64,000 nucleotides of DNA from an uncultured Actinomycetes bacterium (GTDB taxonomy: Bacteria > Actinomycetota > UBA4738 > HRBIN12), in assembly GCA_963704725.1 (NCBI GenBank), contig OY969934.1, positions 768,001 to 832,000 on the forward strand, given 5' to 3'. A program made the position numbers and the translations under genes. The notes under the pieces are model-generated. The model did no database searches, had not been told where the DNA came from, and was given only the letters and a program-made list of their open reading frames with translations. How positions within the stretch are numbered: the stretch's first letter is position 1; every line of letters begins with the position of its first letter. Of the stretch, positions 1 to 8,163 are shown piece after piece.

Positions 1-865
1 GCCGGATCGAGCGTTCCTCGATCGGCGTCACGACCAGGATCGCCTCGTGCGCGCCGGCGTCCGCGAGGTCCCGCAGGTGCGCCGCGACGCGCTCCGGCGA
101 TCCCTCGATCGGCGGCGACGCCTCGGTGACCGGGCGGCCGGCGGCGTCTCGGTCCAAGACGACGAACACGCATGCGCTGCGCTCGATCTCCGCCGGGTCC
201 CGACCGACCTCGCGGGCCGCGGCCGTGACCCGCTCGCTCTCGGCCCGGAAGCCCTCCGCCGAGTTGCCGTAGAGGTCGTACCAGATGTTCCACGAGCCCA
301 CGTGGGGCAACCCGATCCGGAGCATCCGGTCCCCGCTGCTGCCGAGCATGAGCGGGACGCTTCTCCCGGGCGGCGGGCGCAGGACGGCGTCCTCCGCGGT
401 GTGGAAGCGGCCGGCGAGGGTGACCCGCTCGCCGGCGAGGAGCCCGCGCACGATGGCGAAGGCCTCCTCGAACCGGTCGACGCGGTGGTCCATCGGGATG
501 CCGAACGCTCGGAACTCGGTCTCGTTCCACCCGGCGCCCACGCCGAGCACGAGCCGGCCGCCCGAGATCTCGTCGATCGTCGCCGCCGTTCGCGCCAGGA
601 CCCCGGGCGGGTGGAAGGCGAGACAGGCGACGAGCGGTCCGAGCCGGACGCGCCGGGTCGCCGCGGCCAGCCCGGCCAGGCTGGCCCACGCGTCCCACGG
701 GCCACGCTCGGGGCGGCCGTCGTCCCGGTACAGGAGGTGGTCGCCGACCCAGATGGAGTCGAACCCCTCCTCCTCGGCCGCGCGGGCCATCGCGACGAGC
801 TCGGGCCAGGGCACGACCCGCTCCACCTCCGGGAGCTGGATCCCGACGCGGATCGGCTTGGGCAC
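1..865 (-). CDS. LLM-class (luciferase-like) flavin/F420-dependent oxidoreductase, 3' end runs off the window
   Basis: Manual translation from GTG 865: VPKPIRVGIQLPEVER...AEEEGFDSIWVGDHLL...GRLVLGVGAGW. No stop before the edge; absent from the ORF track. Confidence 0.88.
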   Translation of the reverse strand, partial: MPKPIRVGIQLPEVERVVPWPELVAMARAAEEEGFDSIWVGDHLLYRDDGRPERGPWDAWASLAGLAAATRRVRLGPLVACLAFHPPGVLARTAATIDEISGGRLVLGVGAGWNETEFRAFGIPMDHRVDRFEEAFAIVRGLLAGERVTLAGRFHTAEDAVLRPPPGRSVPLMLGSSGDRMLRIGLPHVGSWNIWYDLYGNSAEGFRAESERVTAAAREVGRDPAEIERSACVFVVLDRDAAGRPVTEASPPIEGSPERVAAHLRDLADAGAHEAILVVTPIEERSIR

Positions 866-945
866 GGCCGGGAGTGTATGCGCGAGCCGTCGGCGTCGCG
901 CTAGGGTTGTCCCCCGCACCGCGAACCCGGAAGGAGGCTCGAGCG

Positions 946-1176
946 ATGGACGAGACCACCACGCGCACGCTGTCGGACGAGGACATCGAGACCCTGGTGC
1001 CCGGATCGGCATCGACCACCGAGGAGCGCCCCCGCGACGAGGACGGCACCGACTCCAAGGACTCGGACGGCACCGACGGCGACACGACCGACCAGAAGGA
1101 CGGCGACGCGAGCGACTCGCAGGACGCCGATGGGACGGACGCCGGCGACTCGGACGGGGCCGACCAGCCTTCGTGA
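946..1176 (+). CDS. 76-aa Asp-rich repeat peptide (putative precursor/substrate peptide)
   Basis: RBS AAGGAGG at 931-937, ATG 946. Four DxDG(T/A)D units in the C-terminal half. Stop overlaps the next GTG (GTGA). Confidence 0.8.
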   Translation: MDETTTRTLSDEDIETLVPGSASTTEERPRDEDGTDSKDSDGTDGDTTDQKDGDASDSQDADGTDAGDSDGADQPS

Positions 1177-2363
1177 GCTCCCTCGCTCCACCCACCGCGC
1201 GAGGCGTGGCGGGGTCGTCCGCGCTCGCGCGCTGCGTGGGCGATCCCGCGACGTTCCTGGCCGAGTCCTGGGGGCGTCGCGCGGTGGTGCTCGCCCGTGT
1301 CGACGCCGTTGGATACGCGGACCTGCTCACGTTCGACGACGTCGATCGTCTCCTGTCGACGACCTCGCTGCGGACGCCGTCGTTCCGGCTCGTCCGGTCC
1401 GACCGCACGATCGCGGAGTCCGAGTACACGCGCTCGGGCACGACCGGATCCCGGCCCGTGGACGGCATGGCCGATCCGGCGCGGGTGTTCGCGCTCTTCC
1501 GCGAGGGGGCCACGATCGTCCTCCAGGGCCTGCATCGGTACTGGGAGCCGGTCACCGAGCTGGTCCGGGGGCTCGAGGTCGAGCTCGGCCATCCGTGCCA
1601 GGTGAACGCCTACGTCACGCCGCCCGGGGCTCAGGGGCTCGCGCTCCACGAGGACCCGCACGACGTCCTCGTGCTCCAGGCGTTCGGCCGCAAGCACTGG
1701 GAGGTGCACGCCGCCCCGGGGGAGCCGGCCCGCGACGCGGCCCAGGCCGTCGTCGAGCCCGGGGACGCCATCTACATGCCGAAGGGGACGCCGCACGCGG
1801 CGACGACGCAGGAGACGCTCTCGGGCCACCTCACCGTCGGCATCCACGTCGCGACGTGGCGGGACGTGGTGCGCGACGCTGTTTCGCACGCCGAACGGGA
1901 CCCCTCGCTCGACGAGCCCGTCCCGGCGGGGTGGACCCGCGACCCGGAGGCCGTGGGACGCGAGCTGGCGGGCCGGCTCCGGGCGCTCGCCGCCCGGCTC
2001 GAGGAGGTCGACGCGGACGAGGTGGCGCGGGCGCGCGCCGAGCGGTTCCTGTCGACGCGGAACCCGGTCCTGCGCGGTGCGCTCGTGGACCAGATGGCGC
2101 TCGACGCGATCGGCGACGCGACCGAGCTCCGCCGGCGGGCCGGCGCGGTGTGCGAGCTCCGGCCGGCGGGCGATCGGCTCGTCGTGCTCCTCGGCGACCG
2201 GCGGCTGGAGATGCCCGGCTGGCTCGAGCCCGCGATGCGCCTCGTCGCCGGGTCCGAGACGTTCCGCGTCCGCGATCTCGCCGAGGACGTCCCCGACGCC
2301 GAGAGCCGGGCCGTGCTGGCCCGGCGCCTCGTCCGGGAGGGGCTCGTCCGCCCTGCGCCGTAG
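1173..2363 (+). CDS. JmjC/cupin 2-oxoglutarate-Fe(II) oxygenase (YcfD/NO66/ROX-like)
   Basis: GATIVLQGLHRYW, CQVNAYVTPPGAQGLALHEDPHDV (HxD), GRKHW, YMPKGTPHAA (distal His). C-terminal winged-helix-like end (LARRLVREGLV). Confidence 0.9.
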   Translation: MSSLAPPTARGVAGSSALARCVGDPATFLAESWGRRAVVLARVDAVGYADLLTFDDVDRLLSTTSLRTPSFRLVRSDRTIAESEYTRSGTTGSRPVDGMADPARVFALFREGATIVLQGLHRYWEPVTELVRGLEVELGHPCQVNAYVTPPGAQGLALHEDPHDVLVLQAFGRKHWEVHAAPGEPARDAAQAVVEPGDAIYMPKGTPHAATTQETLSGHLTVGIHVATWRDVVRDAVSHAERDPSLDEPVPAGWTRDPEAVGRELAGRLRALAARLEEVDADEVARARAERFLSTRNPVLRGALVDQMALDAIGDATELRRRAGAVCELRPAGDRLVVLLGDRRLEMPGWLEPAMRLVAGSETFRVRDLAEDVPDAESRAVLARRLVREGLVRPAP

Positions 2364-2390
2364 CGTTCTCCTCCTCGTACGCTGGAGCGC

Positions 2391-3288
2391 GTGAGCCAGG
2401 GCTTCCGATGCGCCGCCGACAGCGCGGCCCGCGACGAGCCGATGCTCGGCACCGCTTCCACGGTTCGGAACTGGCTCCTGCTCGAGCATCCGGGCCCGTG
2501 GGGCGTGTCCCCGCTGCGCGACGCCCGGCTGCCGGGCGGCGTCGGCGAGCAGCTGCGGCGCGAGGCGCGCGACCGAGGTGTCCGCGTGCTCATGATCCGC
2601 CGCGTCGACCGCTCGAGCGACGGGTCGACCACCTGCTTCGCGATCCACTCCGGACCGGATGAGCCCTGGATCGAGCGGATCGAGCTCGCCAGGTTCGAGA
2701 ACGCGGCGTCGATCGACCTGGAGCGGCTGGGCGCGGGTCGGCGCCTCGGCCGAGGCGAGCGCCACGTCGGCGCGCTGTTCCTCGTGTGCACGCACGGGCG
2801 GCGAGATCCATGCTGCGCCGAGCGCGGTCGACCCTTGGCTCGGGCCATGGCGGACGCGTTCCCCGCCGAGACCTGGGAGTCGAGCCACGTGGGGGGCGAC
2901 CGGTTCGCGGCGAACCTCGTCGCGTTCCCGCACGGCGTGTACTTCGGCCGCGTCGAGCCCGCCGACGGTCCGAGCGTCGGCCGGGCCTACCTCGAGGGAC
3001 GGCTCGACCTGGCCCACCTGCGGGGGCGCTCGTGCCGGCGGCTCCGGGTGCAGGCGGCCGAGCGGTTCCTCCGTGAACGCGAGGGGCTGGACCGGCATCG
3101 ACGACGTCGACCTCGAGGACGCCGCGCCGGAGGGCGACGGGTTCGCGGCCAGGTTCCGAACGGTCGCGGGGCGCTTCGAGGTCCGCCTCGTCCGCGAGGC
3201 GTCGGCGGACGCGGTCCGGCTGACGTGCCACGGCGAGGCCGACGAGCATCCGCCCGCCTACCGCCTGCTGTCGATCGAACGCCTCTAG
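2391..3288 (+). CDS. Sucrase/ferredoxin-like (thioredoxin-fold [2Fe-2S]) protein with an apparent frameshift near 3090
   Basis: WLLLEHPGPWG, LVCTHGRRDPCC, WESSHVGGDRFAAN. The plausible C-terminus (TGIDDV...RLTCH...IERL*) continues in the frame of ORF 2659..3288. Confidence 0.85.
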
Positions 3289-4322
3289 ACCTCGTCGTCG
3301 TCGACGAACTCCGCCCGGACGCCCAGGAGCCGGACCGGCCGGTCGAGCTCGAACCGGTCCAGGGCCGCGAGCGCCCCGGCCGCGACGGCGTCCGCGCTCG
3401 CGGAGGGTTCGGCCAGCGCGGCGCCGTGGGTGCTGGTGAAGAACGGCGCGAAGCGAACCTTGACGACGACCCGGGCCACCCGCCGGGCGCCGGGTCCGAG
3501 GTCGTCGACCAGGTCCCGGGCCAGCTCCGCGACGCGGGCGCGGATCTCGTCGGGGTCGGAGAGGTCCTTCTGGAAGGTGCGCTCGCGGCCCCGGCCCCGC
3601 GGGACGTACGGCTCGTCCGTCACGACGTCGTCGCCCTCGCCGGCCCCCAGCGAACGGATCCACGGCCCGGTCCTCGGGCCGAACCGCCGGGCCAGCCGCT
3701 CCGGCTCCGACTCCGCGAGCTCACGGACCGTGCGGATGCCGAGCCCCTCGAGCTTCGCGGCCGTCTTCGTACCGATGCCCCACAGGTCGCCGGTGGGCCG
3801 GTGGCCCATGACCTCGAACCACGTGTCGGCGGTGAGCCGGAAGACGCCGCGCGGCTTGGCGAAGCCGGTGGCGATCTTCGCCCGCAGCTTGTTGTCCCCG
3901 ACGCCGATCGAGCACCACAGGCGCGTGCGCTCGAGGACCGCGCTCTGCACGGCGCGGGCGAGCCCCTCGGGATCGTCGTGCTCGGCGCCGAGGAAGGCCT
4001 CGTCCCACCCCATGACCTGGACGACCACGGGGAACGTGCGGAGCACGTCCATCACGGTCCGCGACGCGGCCAGGTACGTCTCGGCGTCCACCGGGAGGAA
4101 GACCGCGCCCGGGCATCGCTTGTACGCCGTGCGCAGCGGCATGCCCGAGCGCACCCCGAACCGGCGGGCCACGTAGTTGGCGGTCGAAACGACGCCGCGC
4201 TTGGAGGGGTCCCCGTCGCCGCCGACCACGACGGGCCGCCCGGCGAGCTCGGGACGGCGCAGGATCTCGACGGCCGCGATGAACTCGTCGAGGTCGACGT
4301 GCAGGACCCAGCGCGCCGGCAC
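3285..4322 (-). CDS. dinB: DNA polymerase IV (Y family)
   Basis: VLHVDLDEFIAAVE, GVVSTANYVARRFGVRSGMP, GWDEAFL, NKLRAKIA, LWGIG. Confidence 0.93.
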   Translation of the reverse strand: MPARWVLHVDLDEFIAAVEILRRPELAGRPVVVGGDGDPSKRGVVSTANYVARRFGVRSGMPLRTAYKRCPGAVFLPVDAETYLAASRTVMDVLRTFPVVVQVMGWDEAFLGAEHDDPEGLARAVQSAVLERTRLWCSIGVGDNKLRAKIATGFAKPRGVFRLTADTWFEVMGHRPTGDLWGIGTKTAAKLEGLGIRTVRELAESEPERLARRFGPRTGPWIRSLGAGEGDDVVTDEPYVPRGRGRERTFQKDLSDPDEIRARVAELARDLVDDLGPGARRVARVVVKVRFAPFFTSTHGAALAEPSASADAVAAGALAALDRFELDRPVRLLGVRAEFVDDDEV

Positions 4323-4341
4323 GGTCGCGATCGCCGGCCCG

Positions 4342-4827
4342 TCAGCTCGTCGGGCTCGACCCCGCCCCCGAGCGTTTGGCGGCGCTCTTCTTGGGCGCCG
4401 TGGAGCGCTTCTTGGCGCTCGATCTCTTAGCGGCCGACTTCTTGGCGCCGGACTTCCTCGTGCCGGACTTCTCGGCGCTCGACGTGCCGGGGCTCGACGT
4501 CTTCGCCGAGCCCGACGCCGCCGATCCGCCGCGCCGGGCGACCGTCGCCACGCGGTTGGCCACCTTCGGGGCGCCCTCCGCGATGGCCTTGCCGATCTGC
4601 GGGGCGCGCTTGGCCACCTGGTCGCCCGCGGCACGGACGGCCTTGCCGACGGCCGGCGGCGTCCTCGAGGCGACGCGCTTGGCCACCTCCGGGGCCCGCT
4701 TGCGGACCGCCTTGGCGATCTGGGGCGCCTTGTCCGCCACGGCCTTGCCGACGCCGGGAGCCTTCTGGGCGAGCTCCGAGACGAGGTCGCCGAGCCGGTC
4801 GACCGCTGCCTTCGAACGTGGGCTCAT
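4342..4827 (-). CDS. Basic protein with 11-residue amphipathic repeats and a histone-H1-like Lys/Ala/Ser tail
   Basis: KAPGVGKAVAD/KAPQIAKAVRK/RAPEVAKRVAS/RAPQIGKAIAE repeats; tail KKSAAKRSSAKKRSTAPKKSAAKR. Confidence 0.7.
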   Translation of the reverse strand: MSPRSKAAVDRLGDLVSELAQKAPGVGKAVADKAPQIAKAVRKRAPEVAKRVASRTPPAVGKAVRAAGDQVAKRAPQIGKAIAEGAPKVANRVATVARRGGSAASGSAKTSSPGTSSAEKSGTRKSGAKKSAAKRSSAKKRSTAPKKSAAKRSGAGSSPTS

Positions 4828-4875
4828 GTGCTCAGCGTAGGCGAAACGCCGCGACCGCGTCGAGGGTCGTGCGGC

Positions 4876-5115
4876 CTAGAGGCGCTGGGGCGCCTCCGCC
4901 CGCCGCACCAGCATCGGCTCCTCGGGCATGACCGTCCACGGCACGCCGTCGACGGTCACGACCTCGTCCTCCGGAACGAGGACGCGGACGGGTCCGGCGA
5001 GCTCGGCGATGCCCCCGTCCAGGCGCGCCGCCGAGCGGCCGCACCCGCAGACGTTCCGACCGTCGCGCATCCGCAGGAGCTCACCGCACGCGAGGCATTT
5101 CAAGAGCACGCTCAT
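4876..5115 (-). CDS. Small Cys-rich (CxxC-x12-CxC) putative Zn-ribbon protein
   Basis: GGGAGG RBS then ATG 5115; MSVLLKCLACGELLRMRDGRNVCGCGRS. An upstream GTG at 5262 is an alternative start. Confidence 0.6.
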   Translation of the reverse strand: MSVLLKCLACGELLRMRDGRNVCGCGRSAARLDGGIAELAGPVRVLVPEDEVVTVDGVPWTVMPEEPMLVRRAEAPQRL

Positions 5116-5297
5116 GGCCAGCCTCCCGGCTCGGACCGGATGAGAGGGGTCAAGCTCGGACATCGCGCGGGGCGGCGATGTCCGAGCCGGCCCTGCGAAC
5201 CGGGCGGCGCTGCCCCGGCGCCGGGCCCTGGTGGCCGGGGCTGCGGCTGCTCGAGGGCTCACCTCGCGCCGCCGTTCCTTTGGGTTCTACCCTTCCG

Positions 5298-5323
5298 GTA
5301 CCCGTGGCCCGTGCCCACGAAAC
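5298..5323 (-). promoter_or_regulatory. SigB/SigF-type promoter
   Basis: GTTT-N16-GGGTAC on the minus strand. Confidence 0.6.
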
Positions 5324-5341
5324 GTCGCGCTGATCCGGCGC

Positions 5342-6142
5342 TCAGGCTCGGGGCGGCGGCGTCCCCATGCCCCAGGCGTCCGCACCACCGTCGACGACGA
5401 TGGTCGTCCCCGTGATGTACCGCCCTCCCGTGGAGGCGAGGAACGCGATCGTGCTCGCCACCTCCTCGGGCCGGCCCAAGCGGCCCAGGGGAATGCTCCG
5501 GTTCGCCTCCTCGATCCAAGCGTCGCCGTAGGCGCGGAGTCCCTCCGTGTCGATCGCGCCGCAGGCGATGCAGACGGCCCGGATGCCGTAGCGGCTCCAT
5601 TCGATGGCCAGACCGCCGGCGAGGTTCTCGAGCGCGGCGCGAGCGGCCGAGGAGTGGATCATGAACGGCACGCCGCGGCGCGGGCTGAACCCGATGAAGA
5701 CGACCAGCCCGCCGCGAGCGGGGATCATCGCGCGCTCGGCGACCGTCCTCGTCAGGTTCCACACGGCGTCGACGTTCAGGCGGTGGACGGCTCGCCATCC
5801 CTTCGCGGAGATCTGCTCGGCGGGCGCCGCGAACTGCCCGCCGGCGTTGTTCACGAGGACGTCGATCCGGCCGAAGCGCTCGAGCACGGCGTCGACGAGC
5901 GCGTTCACCTGATCCGGCTCGCGCACGTCGATGCCGGGAAGGGCCAGGACCTCCGTCCCGCCGCGCTCGAGCTCCTCGCGCACCACCTCGACGGGCTCGG
6001 GCCGGCGGCCGCAGATGGCCACGCGAGCGCCGGTCCTGGCGAACTCGCGGGCCGTGGCGGCCCCGATGCCCGTTCCGCCCCCCGTGACGAGCGCGACCTG
6101 GTCCCGGGTGGCCTGTGGCGAGAGGGCGGGGCTCGGGTCCAT
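5342..6142 (-). CDS. SDR family oxidoreductase (enoyl/dienoyl-CoA reductase-like subgroup)
   Basis: VALVTGGGTGIG, VLVNNAGGQF, HSSAARA in place of YxxxK, VVDGG. Alternative ATG at 6154. Confidence 0.9.
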   Translation of the reverse strand: MDPSPALSPQATRDQVALVTGGGTGIGAATAREFARTGARVAICGRRPEPVEVVREELERGGTEVLALPGIDVREPDQVNALVDAVLERFGRIDVLVNNAGGQFAAPAEQISAKGWRAVHRLNVDAVWNLTRTVAERAMIPARGGLVVFIGFSPRRGVPFMIHSSAARAALENLAGGLAIEWSRYGIRAVCIACGAIDTEGLRAYGDAWIEEANRSIPLGRLGRPEEVASTIAFLASTGGRYITGTTIVVDGGADAWGMGTPPPRA

Positions 6143-6282
6143 GGAGCGCATCATGCCCGAGCGCCGGCCTGGCGTGAGGAACGAACAGAAAGGAGAGCGG
6201 AGGCCGGCCCGGACGCAGGCGGTGGAGGGGCCACCAACCTTTCGGGCAGGGGGGCGGGCCGGCCTCCCCACTCGGGCCAGGT

Positions 6283-6308
6283 CTACCCCGGGGTCGCCGA
6301 TCGCAAAC
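6283..6308 (-). promoter_or_regulatory. SigB/SigF-type promoter upstream of the SDR gene
   Basis: GTTT-N16-GGGTAG. Confidence 0.55.
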
Positions 6309-6362
6309 CCGTCACCCTCGACGTGGACCGAACCCCGATCGCCGCCGCCGGCCGGGTCCGCC

Positions 6363-6590
6363 CTAGGCGGGCATCTTGGTGGTGCGGAAGCGACGGACGT
6401 TCAGCAGGTACGGGGTGGGTTGGGTGTGCTCCCAGCACCGATCCCCGTTGTTGTAGATGGACAGGACCGTCTGGCACGTCGCCTCGGCGCAGACGCGCCC
6501 GGCCCGCACGCGCCGCGGCCCCCTGCCCGGTCCCCCGGGGAACTTGCCCCGCAGGGCGAGCCGATCTTCGAGGTCGATTGGCTCCTTCAT
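6363..6590 (-). CDS. 75-aa hypothetical protein with a C-x4-C-x12-C-x2-H putative Zn site
   Basis: RVCAEATCQTVLSIYNNGDRCWEH. ATG lies 9 nt after a SigB-type -10 element (near-leaderless). Confidence 0.7.
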   Translation of the reverse strand: MKEPIDLEDRLALRGKFPGGPGRGPRRVRAGRVCAEATCQTVLSIYNNGDRCWEHTQPTPYLLNVRRFRTTKMPA

Positions 6591-6599
6591 GCCGCGGGA

Positions 6600-6625
6600 G
6601 TACCCCCGCGCGTTGGAAGTCAAAC
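6600..6625 (-). promoter_or_regulatory. SigB/SigF-type promoter
   Basis: GTTT-N16-GGGTAC. Confidence 0.65.
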
Positions 6626-6652
6626 CGCGAGCCCCCTTAGGAGCCCGGGTGA

Positions 6653-7384
6653 TCAGGGGATCGCGACGTCCCGGAGGAAGGCGAGCGAGCGCGCGAGGAG
6701 CCGGGAGACGTGCATCTGGCTCACCCCGAGCTCGGAGGCGATCTCGCTCTGGGTCTTCTCCTCGAAGAAGCGCAGGTACAGGATGGCCCGCTCGCGCTCG
6801 GGGAGGCGCCGGATCACGGGCGCCAGGCTCTGCCACGCGTCGAGGCTGTCGAAGCGATCGTCCTCCGCGGCCAGCCGGTCGAGCGGCGACAGGTCCTCCT
6901 CGCCGGCACCGGGCGCATCGAGGGAGTCGGCCGAGTAGGCGCGCGACGCGTCGATCGCCTCGAGGACGCGCTCCTCGCGCTCGCCGACGTGCAGGGAGAT
7001 CTCGCGCACGGTGGGGGAGCGGCCGAGCTCCTGGGTGAGCGTCCCGATGGCCCGGGTCACCCGCACGGCGAGCTCCTGGATCGGCCGCGGAACGCGGATC
7101 GCCCACCCTCGGTCGCGGAGGTGTCGCTTCAGCTCACCGATGATCGTGATCGTGGCGAAGGTCGAGAACTTGACCTCGCGATCGGGGTCCAGCCGGTCGA
7201 TGGCCTTCAGCAGGGCGATCGTCGCCACCTGCTCCAGGTCCTCGTGGCTCTCGCCGCGGCCGTGGAAACGACGCGCGAGGTAGATCGCGAGCGGCCGGTG
7301 GCGAACGAGCAGGGCCTCGCGGGCCGCCTCGTCGGGAAGCCGGGAGAACAGCTCGGCGTCCGCGAGATCGGCGAGGGTGCTCAT
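6653..7384 (-). CDS. SigB/SigF/SigG family RNA polymerase sigma factor
   Basis: EDLEQVATIALLKAIDRLDPDR, GELKRHLRD, TQSEIASELGVSQMHVSRLL. Confidence 0.93.
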   Translation of the reverse strand: MSTLADLADAELFSRLPDEAAREALLVRHRPLAIYLARRFHGRGESHEDLEQVATIALLKAIDRLDPDREVKFSTFATITIIGELKRHLRDRGWAIRVPRPIQELAVRVTRAIGTLTQELGRSPTVREISLHVGEREERVLEAIDASRAYSADSLDAPGAGEEDLSPLDRLAAEDDRFDSLDAWQSLAPVIRRLPERERAILYLRFFEEKTQSEIASELGVSQMHVSRLLARSLAFLRDVAIP

Positions 7385-7776
7385 CCCGAGGGGGCTCCGA
7401 CGCCGCGTTTGCCGACGCGGACCGCCGGTCCCGAGGCCGAGAGCTCCCAGGCCACGGTGTCGGCGAGCCCCTGCAGGACCTGGGCGGCCAGGGAGTGATG
7501 GATCCCGGCGGGGGGCCACGCGCCGACCTCGGCGTCCGTCGTGCACAGCACCTCGACGCCGTCGGTGTTGGACGCGATCTCGACGGTGACGGAGGACCCC
7601 CGGGCGAGCAGGAGCTGGGCGCAGGCCTCGTCGACCGCGATGCGGAGGTCCTCGATCGCGTCGATCGTCAGATCGTTGCGAGCCGCGACGCTTCCGACCA
7701 CCGTCCGGACGACGTGCAGGAACTCCGCCCGAGCGGGCACGGTGATCCGCACGGCGTCGTCGGAGGTGGGACTCAC
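7381..7776 (-). CDS. RsbW-like anti-sigma factor (degenerate HATPase)
   Basis: ITVPARAEFLHVVR...IEDLRIAVDEAC. ATGA overlap with the sigma gene. Confidence 0.8.
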   Translation of the reverse strand: MSPTSDDAVRITVPARAEFLHVVRTVVGSVAARNDLTIDAIEDLRIAVDEACAQLLLARGSSVTVEIASNTDGVEVLCTTDAEVGAWPPAGIHHSLAAQVLQGLADTVAWELSASGPAVRVGKRGVGAPSG

Positions 7777-7827
7777 GCGCGGCCTATACTAGGCCCACGC
7801 GCAGGGGGGCTCGAAGGGGACGCGACC

Positions 7828-8163
7828 GTCGAACTGCGACTCGACACCCGAACCGAACGCGACTGGACCGTCCTCGACGTCGATGGCGAGGTCGATCTCT
7901 CCACGGCACCGACGCTCCGCTCGCGGATCGAACAGCTGATCGCTGACGGCGTCCGCAAGCTCGTCGTGAGCCTGGAAGGCGTCGGCTTCCTCGACTCGAG
8001 CGGCCTTTCCGCGCTCGTCGCCGCCATGAAAGGCATGCAGGAGAGCGGCGGGGAGTTCATCCTGGTCTGCCGCGACGAGCCGATCCTCAAGGTCTTCACG
8101 GTCACCGGCCTGGACCGGGTGTTCGCGATCCACGGCTCGCTCGCCGAGGCGGTCGCGGGGTGA
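7828..8163 (+). CDS. STAS-domain anti-anti-sigma factor (RsbV-like); start codon non-canonical or uncertain
   Basis: GEVDLSTAPTLR, VGFLDSSGLSAL, FTVTGLDRVF. The codon after the RBS-like GAAGGGGA is GTC. Confidence 0.85.
   Translation, partial: VELRLDTRTERDWTVLDVDGEVDLSTAPTLRSRIEQLIADGVRKLVVSLEGVGFLDSSGLSALVAAMKGMQESGGEFILVCRDEPILKVFTVTGLDRVFAIHGSLAEAVAG

Noticed and set aside
1036-1165. DNA repeats GACGGCACCGAC/GACTCGGACGG as a CRISPR or mobile repeat
   Set aside because: Short, in-frame and without spacers; they encode the DxDGTD peptide repeats.
2391-4430. 679-aa ORF as a single fusion protein
   Set aside because: Artefact of the frameshift near 3090 reading antisense through dinB.
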